This document shows positions 37,265-49,317 of a stretch of 64,000 bases of DNA, piece after piece. The translations under genes and the position numbers were made by a program. Every line of letters starts with the position of its first letter. Position 1 is the stretch's first letter. The stretch covers positions 3,539,838 through 3,603,837 of the forward strand of contig BFEA01000017.1 in the NCBI GenBank assembly GCA_003427395.1, given 5' to 3'. The stretch is from Chara braunii. Its lineage: Eukaryota; Plantae; Charophyceae. Below the pieces are notes generated by a model. It was not told the DNA's origin. It ran no database searches and saw only the letters and a list, made by a program, of their open reading frames with translations.

Positions 37265-37315
37265 GATGGCGATCCCGGCCTGCCTGCTCGATACCTGAGA
37301 ACTCAACGGACAGAG

Positions 37316-37347
<32 letters not shown>

Positions 37348-38688
37348 NNNNNNNNNNNNNNNNNNNNNAAAAAAAAAAAAAAAAAAACCAGCACTACCCG
37401 CTGGGCCGCTGCTGGTTCGCCTCAGAGTCTGAACACCACTTACTAATATGGGGTGGATGCCCCCACAAGCCAGTTGTGTGCTGACTATGGTAATCACACC
37501 GGGGGCTATGTCCCACTTACACGAATGAAGCGATACTGATCGTAGATAGCAAAGATCAACGGCCACAATCTCTTAATCCGTGCAAGTGGGACCTTGGCCC
37601 CGGATAGCGTGATGGCTGTGCGGTTCAGATTGCCCCCCTGGTAGCGTGATGGGCCAACGGAGTAGCAATGGACTACCACCTCCACACCCTGACCGCTTCA
37701 CGAGGCAGCCGAGTTGTAACAGGGGGGACTAAGGAAGGGGGGCTGGCTCCACTGCATAACATTCTACATGCATGCAGATTCTACGTGATGGACCAAATAC
37801 AGTGCATTCAGAATTATCTGCGATGAGTCCGAATGTACCTGGTCAAACTGCGTAGTCCAGGAACCTGTAGAACATTCAGTACTACTGGAGCGAGGCCCCA
37901 GGTCTTGTCATCTGTGCACACTTCGTGATAGATTTGCAAATCTCAACAAGACATCAACTACATATATCGTCATATATATAGTCAAACAGATACATACAGA
38001 TAACAGATACATACAGATATATATATATATATAGTCAATCAGAGCTGCCGGGTAAGCCGTAGGCAGAGAGGAAGAAGAGGACAACAAACGAGGGAGGGGC
38101 TGTGACAAACTGTTTCGTCGGAGTTTTACCTACCTACTCAGCAGGAGGAGGAGGGTGAACCCTTTTATATATAAATGCCGCTCTTCGTAATATGGTCCAC
38201 CGTGGATTTCTGTTTGATGATATATATATATATATATAGGTCCTGAATTTTTGTCAAAGCTTGCGTCTTCACGGGATTTTGCCAGGTTAAGGCAAAAATT
38301 ATAAGCTAGCAGACGTTCCAGCCTTTCAATAGGACAGGATGGGCCGTTGATTCAACAAAAGAGGTTACACTCTCTACCAAAAAAAAGAAAGAAAAAAAAG
38401 GACCGAACTAACCTCTCTGCAACCGATGAATAGTCTCATGCACTGCTGAGTGCTCAGGCTTGGCCAGTACCTCCTCAGACCATTTAATTACTGCAAAAAC
38501 TCGCGGGTACGGTCCACACAAAAACTCGCAGCAGCTTCTGTCCACCCACGTGCTCTTCTAGCTCTCATCGAAGGCAGTTTTACTTACTTAAAAATAAAAA
38601 GTGGAGACACTTCGCTTTACTTCAGAAGCTCTATGTTTAATCCGAAGAGTTGGTGCTCAGTTGCACTCTCATCCACGCATGGCCATTC

Positions 38689-38780
<92 letters not shown>

Positions 38781-39190
38781 CTACGGACACCCTTTCTCCG
38801 TGCAGGCGAGTGGTGAAGATCCTGTGTGTCTCAGCCTCACCGGTCAAGAGCTACTCTCCCCTCCATCCTCTGAAATTTAATTAAAGCGCTGCTAACGTTC
38901 CAACCATCATACGACTGACCGACCAGTTGAATCATCTGGTGGAATTCGCCGGAAAACAGATTCCGTACAACTCCAAGTGACGGTATCCCACGATCTATTC
39001 ACGAATTGCCAACCGTCAGACTCTCTCAGGTCTACTACACAGTAGCCGTTTCTTTTTCGCTCGCCGGGCATTCATCACCCGGATTCACCCCACCAGGTTG
39101 GAACACGCTCAGAGAATTTCACCAGGTGGGAAAAAAAAAAAAAAAAAAAAAACCCTCAAAAAACTCTTCCCGGTTTTCGGATGACCAGCA

Positions 39191-39200
39191 GGACATCCGT

Positions 39201-39232
<32 letters not shown>

Positions 39233-39328
39233 GGCCCCTGCGCATTTTTTTTTTTATTATTATTATTTTTTTTTTTGGCCCCTGCGCTTTCAAGGATGAC
39301 ACGCATAAATCGAGAAATGGTCCAAATT
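39191..39328 (+). pseudogene. U6: U6 snRNA retropseudogene lacking the first ~10 nt, with an internal T-rich insertion and a (TAA)n tail
   Basis: ggacatccgttaaaattggaacgatacagagaagattagcatggcccctgcgc...caaggatgacacgcataaatcgagaaatggtccaaatt, nearly identical to plant U6. Confidence 0.95.
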
Positions 39329-39604
39329 ATAAAAATAATAATAATAATAATAATAATATATTAATAATAATAATAATAATAATATATTAATAATAATAAT
39401 GAGGATCAGAGACTGCTCCAAGAAGGAAAAAGCTTTTTTTCTTCTTTGCTGTGAACGAGTCGAGCCTTTTTTTTTTTGTTGTTGCCCCCGACTTCCGGAC
39501 TTTTTTTTTCTTTTTTCTAAATGTTTTCGTTATTGCCCTTCCAAACTCCTGGTCTTTTTCTTTTTTTGCCCCGGCGACTTCGGAACGTCGTTTACTTACC
39601 GCAG

Positions 39605-39736
39605 TTAAGGGCGTCGCCACACCACTGTCGAAATGTGCAAAATGAGAATGAGCTTCCTGCTAGAACATGGCCAGATGCACCCGGCGCCACATTTTTGTGT
39701 TTTCCACATTTCGACAGTGGTGTGACGAGCCGCTAA
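39605..39736. mobile_element. Small fold-back/MITE-like element
   Basis: cacaccactgtcgaaatgtg ... cacatttcgacagtggtgtg inverted repeat. Related sequence at ~21955-22050 (+) and ~40885-40995 (-). Confidence 0.65.
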
Positions 39737-41010
39737 ATGTTCTTCCGCAATTCTTGTGTGGAAAGAAAGAGGGGAGCCTGCTTTTTTTTTTTTTTTTTTT
39801 TTTTTGGGCCGACTTTCGAGTTTGCATGCGACTCCGAATTTACAGACGGAAGAGTAGTGAGGGAGCTGGTACAAAAAAAAAAAAAAGAGTCTGCATGCGG
39901 CTCCCAATTTACAGACGGAAGAGTAGTGAGGGAGCTGGTTCAAAAAAAAAAAAGAAAAAAAAGAAAAAAAAAAAGGAGCTGGTTGTACTTTGCCGGACTC
40001 GAAGCCGGTAGTACGTGGGAGACGTTCTTCTTTCTCCCAAACCCGTAGCCATAGTTCGAACTCTTTACTAGTTAGAATAGCCGCACAAAAAAAAAAAAAA
40101 AAAAAAGGAAGAAAGCATAGCCGTACGTGTGTATTACTGCGATTACGAATCTCCTGGCGCGCTTAGAGCCACACACGATCGTTTGCAGGACAGCGAGTGG
40201 GAACGCCACGTGGCAACAGCAGAATGAATGTCACAATCCGTGACGGACACGTGGAGGGCACACGCCGTCATACATATCCGGTCATCAACGGCCCAAGAAA
40301 GAAGGAAAGACACTCCTGCTGTCTGCTGCACCAAGGAGAGCCTCCTCTGGGAGAAGGGGGCACAGTGGGAGACGGGCTATGGGTGAGAAAAGGGGGGGAG
40401 AGGGGGAGGGGGGAGGGCCCAGAGGGCGGGGGGTGCGATTTGTTTTTGTGTTTTGGGGGGGGGAAGGGGGGAGGAATTGGGAGGGATGGACGATTTTTTT
40501 TGGGGGGGAGAGAAGGGAGGGGAACAGTCGGCATGTCCGTGACCTCCTCCTTTTACCAATCGCCATCGTGACATCGTCCCTGCAATCCTTCCCCTACTCA
40601 TTTAACTTCAAATTAGGGAAAAAAATAAAATAAAATAAAAACTAATAAAAAGAATCTGCCGTCTTTGCCCGAGTAGAGCGCAGGGTCATTGTCACAGTCT
40701 CTGTATTCGAAGTGAAAGTTGGCCGCAATACAGATGTTACGACCGTGCGTTCTATTTGGGGGAAGACGGACGGTAATCCTGCTCAGTTCAGATAATCCTA
40801 TGTTCCTCTCGACCGCACGTAGTGAAGAATCGTGCACCTCAGGTGCAGCTCCCCCCACCACCAATGGAACAGAGCCAAAAAAAGCGCTCCACTACTCTTG
40901 GCATGCACAAAAGCCAAAAATTATGGCCGTGTATCTTTCCATTATTTCCATGTGTTAGGGGAGATTCACTCTCGTTTTGCACATTACGAGAGAGTAGTGG
41001 AGCGAGGCCC

Positions 41011-41099
<89 letters not shown>

Positions 41100-41200
41100 G
41101 CGAGTGGAGCGAGGCCCATGAGCACGCTCCCCTAGAAGGCCCATCGCTGACCACTCCATCTATTGGTTTAGGGGAGCTCCTCCTGCCAAACAAAACACGC

Positions 41201-41249
<49 letters not shown>

Positions 41250-41408
41250 CGGGCGGGATTAATCAGAACTCCAAACGGGAGCACAGTTGGTGTCTCGTCG
41301 AGCAAGCCATCAGTTGCCGTAGGATGGGCATAGGGTGGAATGAGGTAAAGGACGGGGAAAAGGAGGGGGGGCTTATGTAGGCAAGGTCATAGGCAATATC
41401 GTGAGGAA

Positions 41409-41476
41409 ATACTTTTCTCGGCCTTTTGGCTAAGTAAGCTCAAGTGTAGTATCTGTTCTGATCAGTTTAATATCTG
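41409..41476 (+). pseudogene. U2: 3'-truncated U2 snRNA retropseudogene (nt ~1-64)
   Basis: atacttttctcggccttttggctaag(taag)ctcaagtgtagtatctgttctgatcagtttaatatctg includes the branch-recognition GTAGTA. Short A-tail; flanking direct repeat atatcgtgagg at 41396-41406 and 41492-41502. Confidence 0.92.
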
Positions 41477-42519
41477 GAAAAAAACATATGTATATCGTGA
41501 GGGAAGAATATCGGTTCGTTTCTCTTCTTTTTCCGACCTCAAAGCATTTTGAATGCATCGGGCAGCGCCTGGTGTTCAGATTCATTCGAAATGTTAGCGG
41601 ATGACGAGTAATGCAACGACCGGTCGGCCCCCCCAACCAATGGGGAAACTGCAGAACTACCCGGTTTGGAGAAGTATCGTACCGGTCCGCCCCTGCCGCA
41701 GATGACATTCCTCACAGCAACACACACACATGTCGGGACATGGTCTCGTCGGAATCATATCCCGACGAAGGTAATGTGTCTGCCGCAGGCGCAAGTCCTC
41801 GGGATTAGCTTTTGCAAAACACCCGGGGCAACCAAAAAAAAAAAAAACAGCCGGGGCGAGGTCCCACCAGGAAACAGGAGTCACTGTGGAGTTGACGCCT
41901 GAATCTGGACGTGTTTGGGGAGAGCGGTGCAGAAAATCGGCGATTGATCTGCGTCTCTGCATCTGTGCCTTAATCCCATTCACATTCAGGCGCTTACCTC
42001 GCCCCCCTTATGCCCTGAACGCTTACATACACAACAAAAGAAAAAAAAGAAGAGGAGGAAAGAAAGAGAGCAAAAGACAGATGCCCACGGTGTGAGTGGC
42101 ACTTCTCCTATCCCGTCCGTATCACCTTAAAGTTTACAAGGATTCTTTTTTTTTTCTTCTCCTTCTTTTTCCTGTTTTCCTGCTGTGCCTGTTCTCACGT
42201 TCCGTATCAAATTTGCGAGACATTTTTATTTTTATTTTTAGTATTTACGAGGAACTGAGGCTAAGATGTGTGGTGTTCACGTTCTGCTCGAAAAACAGTG
42301 TTTTCTATTTTTTCCCTCAAAATTCAAATTTCGATTGCAACTTCGATCGAAGAGGAAAAACAACGGGGTCCTGCACATTACATCCCGGAAAACAGTAGTT
42401 TATAGTACTATGGCATTGGATTTTATTTTATTTCTAATTAGCCAGCTGCCTATCATGGGTTGGTGGAAGTGAACTAGTGACAATATTAACAAAGGGGCAA
42501 GTGAACGCTCATACGTAGA

Positions 42520-42890
42520 CCAGTGCCATGTGCATGCCCGTACACAAGGGTGCATGCACATACGTGTACAAGTGGCATGGTGCATGCAGGCACACAAGCG
42601 TATCTATACAAGTGACATGTGCATGCACAGAAGTATGCAAGCATACAAAGTGTCATGTGCACGCACCTGTGCATGCATCTATGCACACAGGCAGGCATGC
42701 ACATACGTATATAAGTGGCATGTGCATGCACGTACACATTGTCAAGCGTATGTACACAAGTGACATGTGCATGCACATACGTATACAAGTGGCATGGTGC
42801 GTGCACGCACGTATACAATGTACACATACGAAGATTCACAGTGCATGCACCTATACACAGGCACGCATGCATGCATGCATGCACGCAATT
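42520..42890. repeat. Purine-pyrimidine alternating low-complexity minisatellite (tgcatgcacatacgtatacaagtggca-type)
   Basis: Direct inspection of the sequence. Confidence 0.8.
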
Positions 42891-43089
42891 GTGTCGGTGG
42901 GAGTAAGTTTGAAGCCGACCAACAAAAACTTTTCTCGCCCAGGGGTATCATTTAACTTAGGGCGACGTAATCAGTCAAATGCATCCTGGGCAGACTGTGC
43001 AGGTTCAACCTCTGTTTTTTGTTGGCGTTGTTTTTTTTTGGGTGAATTTTTTTTTGGGTGAAAGTAGGGATGAAACAGTCTGTTCATCC

Positions 43090-43968
43090 AGCGGCCGAAC
43101 TCAGTTGGTTAGGCTCGTAAGTGGCATTCAGGAGGTCGTGGGTTCAATCCCCATTGACCTCATGTACCTTCCTGGGCATGCTTGGCGCCCGCCACCTAGA
43201 GATAAGACCATTGGATCCCCCGATCGGCATTGAGCAGAGTCTGCTGATGTTCGTAGGGGAGGGGACTTGAGGGGAGGCACAGGGGTTGGTCCTGTTGGCA
43301 TGGTCCCTGATGGGATAATTGGTAGAAAGAGCCCACGCCAAAACCTTTTCGGTTTTGGCCACCCAAAGTTCGGCCGTTTGGTACTACCGGCCCAAACAAC
43401 TTTCCCGTGGGTGAAAGGCACCTTCGCGCCGTTGCCACATATCCCTGTGCCTTTTTTTACTGGTTCAAGAATTTGGTGCTGTTTCTGCACCAGATTCATG
43501 AACCGGTAGGGCCCTTCTTTTTTCAAAATCGCGTAGGTGGGCCTCATTCGATACTCCAGCGTTACCACCCCCGGCCTTTCTTACATCAAAATGAATCTGG
43601 CGCTGTTATGCGACAGATTCATGATCCCGTAGGGCCCTTGGAGCGACACATGGGCCTGTAGTACCCCACATGCAAGTCGCTGGGCCGGTAGTACCAAACG
43701 GCTAAACTTTGGGCGGCCAAAACCGAAAAGGTTTTGGCGTGGGCGCCTTCTACCGATTATCCCGTCCCTGATGCTACCGGCTGTCCCCTTCCCTTAGCCC
43801 GTATCGCCCACCTGCAGGTCCGGAGCAGCCCCCGCATGTTCTCTCGTGAACATGGTTCTGGCTGCTACGGGGTTCCGTATGCCTACAATTAGGAGTAGTG
43901 GTAGGTAGGTAGTGTGCGGTGAAATTGAGAGAAGAATATAGCTTTCATGAAAGAAAAAAAAAAAAAAA
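43090..43968 (+). mobile_element. tRNA-derived SINE (~420 bp without the insert), interrupted by a MULE-type MITE
   Basis: A-box-like gaactcagttggttag (~43097), B-box ggttcaatcc (43141-43150), body, and A-tail at 43950-43968. Confidence 0.7.
43312..43763. mobile_element. Mutator-like (MULE) MITE
   Basis: ~83-bp TIRs gggataattggtagaa...ttctaccgattatccc. Perfect 9-bp TSD gtccctgat at 43303-43311 and 43764-43772. Confidence 0.92.
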
Positions 43969-45011
43969 GTTTGGCACAGGCCGTACTCACACTAGCTCTA
44001 TCTTAAATGTATCTGACCAAAGTTGACAGACGGACCTGGATCTATCTGACCGCAATTAAACAAGTCCTAGTGTGATGAGAGGATTTCACGTCGCAGACAC
44101 CGAGTCCCACTGCCAGGGTCCCAGATTGTCCCAGTCCTAGATGGTCCCATTCCCACCGGTCCCAATAGGTGAGTCCCAGGTAGGGTCGGTAGGGTCCTTA
44201 GGTCCGTAGAGCGACATAGCTGCTTTGGGTTGTCCTTTGGAGAGGAGGGCAGCGGCGTAGCTGCTTTGTGTTGTCCTTTGGCTGTGGTGTGAATCTTCAT
44301 GTGAGATTTAATGGTGCATGTTCGGTGGAGAATCTGGAGATTGAATCTGAGCAGATCATTGCATTGGTATCAGGGCTGGAAACAGCTGCATCAGCTGAAG
44401 TTGGGTGCTGGCAAGGGATAAGGCCCGTGGGAAGTTGATTAGGGTCGACCATGAGTTGAGGGCCGAAGGAGAAGGGGCATGTTGTGGAGGGGCACATACC
44501 TGCATGTGTGGAAGGAGTTTGATGAGAAGAAGTGGTTGAGGGAGGAAGGAGAAAAGCTTCAACAGAAGTTGAGCGAGCAGAGAGGTAAGGAGACTGAAGT
44601 AAAAGAGAGTCTGACCCTCATGACCAATGCTCTGCTGCACGCCGCCCAGGAATTGACCGCCCTCTAGAGCACCACCAAGAAGAGTTCCAGGGTAGGTGGA
44701 AGTTCTGTGGAACAACCTCCTCTACGCATCTTCCCACCGGATCAATGATAGGACCTCCAATTATGCCCATCAATTACAGGACATCTTCACCAAAAAGCTC
44801 ATGAACACCATCACATCGGTGAGGTTACGTAGCGGTGGTGGAGGAGGAGATGGTGGAGATCCAGGGGAGATGATGGAAAGGGAGGAAGACTCAAAAATCG
44901 AAAAGGAGATGGGGACCAAAAGGGGAATGAACAGCGAACCGGAGGAGGAGAAAGGAGGGAGAAGAAGGTCGATGTCCCATGGACCTATGACGGGAAGAGA
45001 GAAGAAAAATT

Positions 45012-48000
45012 TTCCGTGTTCGCAAGCACAGCGCGACCGGGAGCGCTACGCCCCCCCGATCTCGCCGACGGGCTACGGAGAAGCGGGCAGGCACGGACAG
45101 CGCATGGGGATGAAGGGCGACGGGGAGCATCAGTGAGCGGAGAGGCGCGAAGGAAGAGGATGCGATGCATGGCGACGAAGGGCGATGGGGAGTAGCAGCG
45201 AGCGGAGAGGCGCGATGGAAGAGGATGCGGACAGGGCAGGTGACGAGCGGTGATGGGTGAAAGGAAGAGGGTTTAGGGCGGGTTGGGGGGGTGGCTATGG
45301 TCGTTGCGTAAACCGCTTTCGTGGTTTTCACCAATAGGAAGGGGTCGAGGGTGACGACTTGCAGAAGGCTGTAACTAGGGTGCTTCATTCATCCTGGTGA
45401 GTGCTTCTATTTGGGAAATGACTTCGGACTTCTCCGTCTACAAAGCTGCTAGTCTGGCGAGCATGGTTTTTTTTTTCGAGGTTGCTTTTCTACAGGTTTC
45501 GCATCATCAAGATTGGAAGTGAGTGAAGATGTTGAGTGGGGTAGAGGTAGAGCTTGGGCGATGGGATTGATCTCCCCCCTCCTTCCTCAATTCTGGTGTG
45601 AATGAATGTCTAGTAGGGTTCGAACCTCCTGCGATGACTCATTGACGGGTTTGGTGAGGCGGAGTCACATTGCCTTCTGATCCTTGGGGGATTGGAGATG
45701 GCCGTTGTTGTCTTCGGTGTTAGCATTTGCCTTGATGCTTAGTAGCTAACAGTGGGAGGAGGGGGGTCCTCTTTCCCCGAAGATGGTGGGGTAGGGTTTG
45801 AGGGGAAGGGTGGCAACACTGGCAAGTAGGTGGGGGTCGAGGAAGGGGGGAGGAGTTTTTTGGGAAAACTCTATGGTTGAGGGTGGAAATTTCTATTGGG
45901 ATGTTCTGCGTAATAGTCGTGATTCAATAGGAATTAAGTGCGTTTTTTAAAGGAGTTTCTTATAATTGTCTTCGCCCTCTCACACACAATTGATTGTAGA
46001 GATGTTTTTTTGTTTAGCATCGATTTGTTTTTCTGTTGAGTAATTTCTTGATTTACTGTCGTAAGTGATCTTGTTGATTTCTAATATCCCCTAATAGGAT
46101 TAAGTACGATTTTGAAAGGAGCTTCTCATAACTTTTCAATACGGGCCAATTGTCTTCGCCATCTCACACACAATTGATTGACGAGATGTTTTACCAACTT
46201 TTACTGTTTAGTGACGATTTTTCTTATCAGTAATTTCTTGACTTACTGTCTGAGTGATTCCGAACCTTGGGGTTCCGGAAATCAGTGTCGTAAGTCCTCT
46301 TTGACATCAAAATCGATTCCCTAGTTTGGTTCCCTATTTGGATTTTCAATGCTTATTAAATCTCATTTTCAATCTCATTTTTTCTCAAATTTGAAATTTG
46401 TATTATGATTTTCTGCGTGGACTAATCAGAATTGTTTATCTCAAGTAATTAGTCCTAGTTATGATCTCATTGATCTGGTTTTGTTTTTTATTCTGATTGG
46501 CTTTTCCTGATGATTGTGTCTTAAAGTTTGTCTGGGTCTTTGTATGGCATATTTGCGGCTTGCGTTGTGAATCTGCGGGGTTCTCCTTTAGGGTTGGAGC
46601 CCCTCCCCGTGAGGGTTTCACAAGGTGGGACGTGTTACCCTTGGAGGGGGAGAGGCGGTATTGAGGGATTATCTTTTTTTTGGGCTAGGCTGATTTAGGG
46701 TCGGATCAGCATTAGCAGTTGGGAAGAGAAGGCAATGGGGAGGCTGCATATAGCAGGGTGGGGGTTATTCTTTGAGGAAAGGAGTAACTTTGATGGTCAC
46801 ACAGTGCGCCTATAAGTGTTGTAGAGTCCCGGGTGAATGCCAGAATCTGCTTCTGTTTTGGTGAGTCTTTGAAAAAATTTCCAAAAAATCTCTTAAAAAG
46901 TTATTCGGTAAGCAGGAAGGGGAAGGTTGGTTTTAGTAAGGTGGTGCTCGCGCAGCGGACGGATTGGGGCTCAGGGCGGATGGTCTATCAGAAGGGCGGG
47001 GTGGGGTGACAATGGTCGGAGCTGGAGCAGTTCCTCTGTAACCAGGGGGAGCTTGAAACTATTGGAGCTATGCCGAGGGTGGAAGGCATAACCATCTTGT
47101 TCAACGTAGCTGATGCCGGGGTAGGGACCCTGTAACCTTGGGGGCTGTGCAGCTAAGGAAGTTGTCGAGGGCGGAAGACACTTCCTGTTCGTCAGAACTA
47201 GTTCGGTCAGTACTGGGGCAGTTCGCGTTGTCACCCTAGCAAAGGGGGTATGAGATCTAGCGAGTTCTTGTATGAGGACTGAATGCCTGGGCAGTAGTCC
47301 TTCCTCTGCGGAGGGGGAAAGAGCTGGATTGTGGGTGGTCTTTCTGTTTTTTCTTAGTCGAAGCCAGGTATTTGGGTTGGGGGGTTCTGAGTTGGTATCT
47401 AAAAGAAAAGAGGGAAGAGGGGGGGTGCGAGAATTGGAGGATGGTAGGTAGAAAGGAAGGCTCTCAATAGAGGAAGGTTTTTTGCTAAGGTAAGTAGGTT
47501 AGAAGAACGATGTTGGGACGACACAGGCCGGTGCTGGAGCTCTTGCTCTTTGACCTAGATAAGGGAGCTTGAGGCCTGTGGAGTTATGCCGAGGGTGGAA
47601 GGCATAACCAGACCGTTCAACGTTGTCGGCGCCGGGGTATTAACCCTGTAAACTGTGTCAGGGGCTTGCCGCTATGCGAAATGTCGAAGGAGGAAGGCAC
47701 TTTCTGTCCGTCAGAACTAGTTTGGTCAGTTTTGGGGAAGGTTGTGGTGCCTTGTTACCCTAGCAGAAGGGGGTTATGTGACACTCGCGGCCGCGGCCGC
47801 GGGCATTTCGGCCGCTGCGGCCGAGATTCCGCAGCCGATGAGGCCCAGTCTGCAGCCCAGTTTTTAAATATATTTTTTCGACCTAAAAAAACACGTAAAC
47901 AAAAAATAAAAAAAATATGGGGGTGTAGGGCTTGGAAAACCCTACACCCCTATATTTTTTTCTTTGGAATCCGACTTTGTTTAGGATTTAAAAAAAATCA

Positions 48001-48344
48001 AAAACTAAATTGGATTTAAAGAAAATTAAAAATATATATATATAAAGAAAAACAGGAATTTGTTTTTTTCATTTTTTTATCATGAGATATATGGTACCTG
48101 AGCTGACCTGTAATTTTTTTTTTAAATGAATTTGTGTTTTTTCAACTTTTTTGCAGGGCTATGAGGTATTTTAAAAAAATGCAGATGCAAAATTGGAAAA
48201 TAAATAAACAAAAAACTTGAAAAAAGGGGTTTGTTTGATTGATTGATTGACTGATTGATTGATTGATTGATTGTGAGTGAGTGAGTGAGTGAGTGAGTGA
48301 GTGAATGAGTGAGTGAGTGAGTGAGTGAGTGTGTGTGTGTGTGT

Positions 48345-48386
<42 letters not shown>

Positions 48387-48497
48387 TTTTGCTCATCCTT
48401 TCAATGGAAGTTGCGCGAGGCCGCGGTGCAACTTCCATCGAACGGATGAGCAAAATCGATCGAACCTTCGACTAGAAGGTTGCAATATTCACCACTA

Positions 48498-48561
<64 letters not shown>

Positions 48562-49248
48562 NNNNNNNNNNNNNNNNNNNNNNNNNNNNNNNNNNNNNNN
48601 NNNNNNNNNNNNNNNNNNNNNNNNNNNNNNNNNNNNNNNNNNNNNNNNNNNNNNNNNNNNNNNNNNNNNNNNNNNNNNNNNNNNNNNNNNNNNNNNNNNN
48701 NNNNNNNNNNNNNNNNNNNNNNNNNNNNNNNNNNNNNNNNNNNNNNNNNNNNNNNNNNNNNNNNNNNNNNNNNNNNNNNNNNNNNNNNNNNNNNNNNNNN
48801 NNNNNNNNNNNNNNNNNNNNNNNNNNNNNNNNNNNNNNNNNNNNNNNNNNNNNNNNNNNNNNNNNNNNNNNNNNNNNNNNNNNNNNNNNNNNNNNNNNNN
48901 NNNNNNNNNNNNNNNNNNNNNNNNNNNNNNNNNNNNNNNNNNNNNNNNNNNNNNNNNNNNNNNNNNNNNNNNNNNNNNNNNNNNNNNNNNNNNNNNNNNN
49001 NNNNNNNNNNNNNNNNNNNNNNNNNNNNNNNNNNNNNNNNNNNNNNNNNNNNNNNNNNNNNNNNNNNNNNNNNNNNNNNNNNNNNNNNNNNNNNNNNNNN
49101 NNNNNNNNNNNNNNNNNNNNNNNNNNNNNNNNNNNNNNNNNNNNNNNNNNNNNNNNNNNNNNNNNNNNNNNNNNNNNNNNNNNNNNNNNNNNNNNNNNNN
49201 NNNNNNNNNNNNNNNNNNNNNNNNNNGGGGAGGGAGGACGCCTCCCCC

Positions 49249-49285
<37 letters not shown>

Positions 49286-49286
49286 C

Positions 49287-49317
<31 letters not shown>

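Noticed and set aside
39981-40025. Twister-ribozyme-like gtact-ttgccgg-actcgaag-ccgg-tagtac
   Set aside because: It lacks the conserved UAA cleavage loop and a convincing P1 or pseudoknot, and occurs once.
40613-40958. Possible exon in a GC-balanced unique stretch
   Set aside because: No recognisable protein motif or supportable splice structure.
43090-43160. Functional tRNA gene
   Set aside because: A/B boxes are present but acceptor and anticodon stems do not form properly; it is a SINE head.
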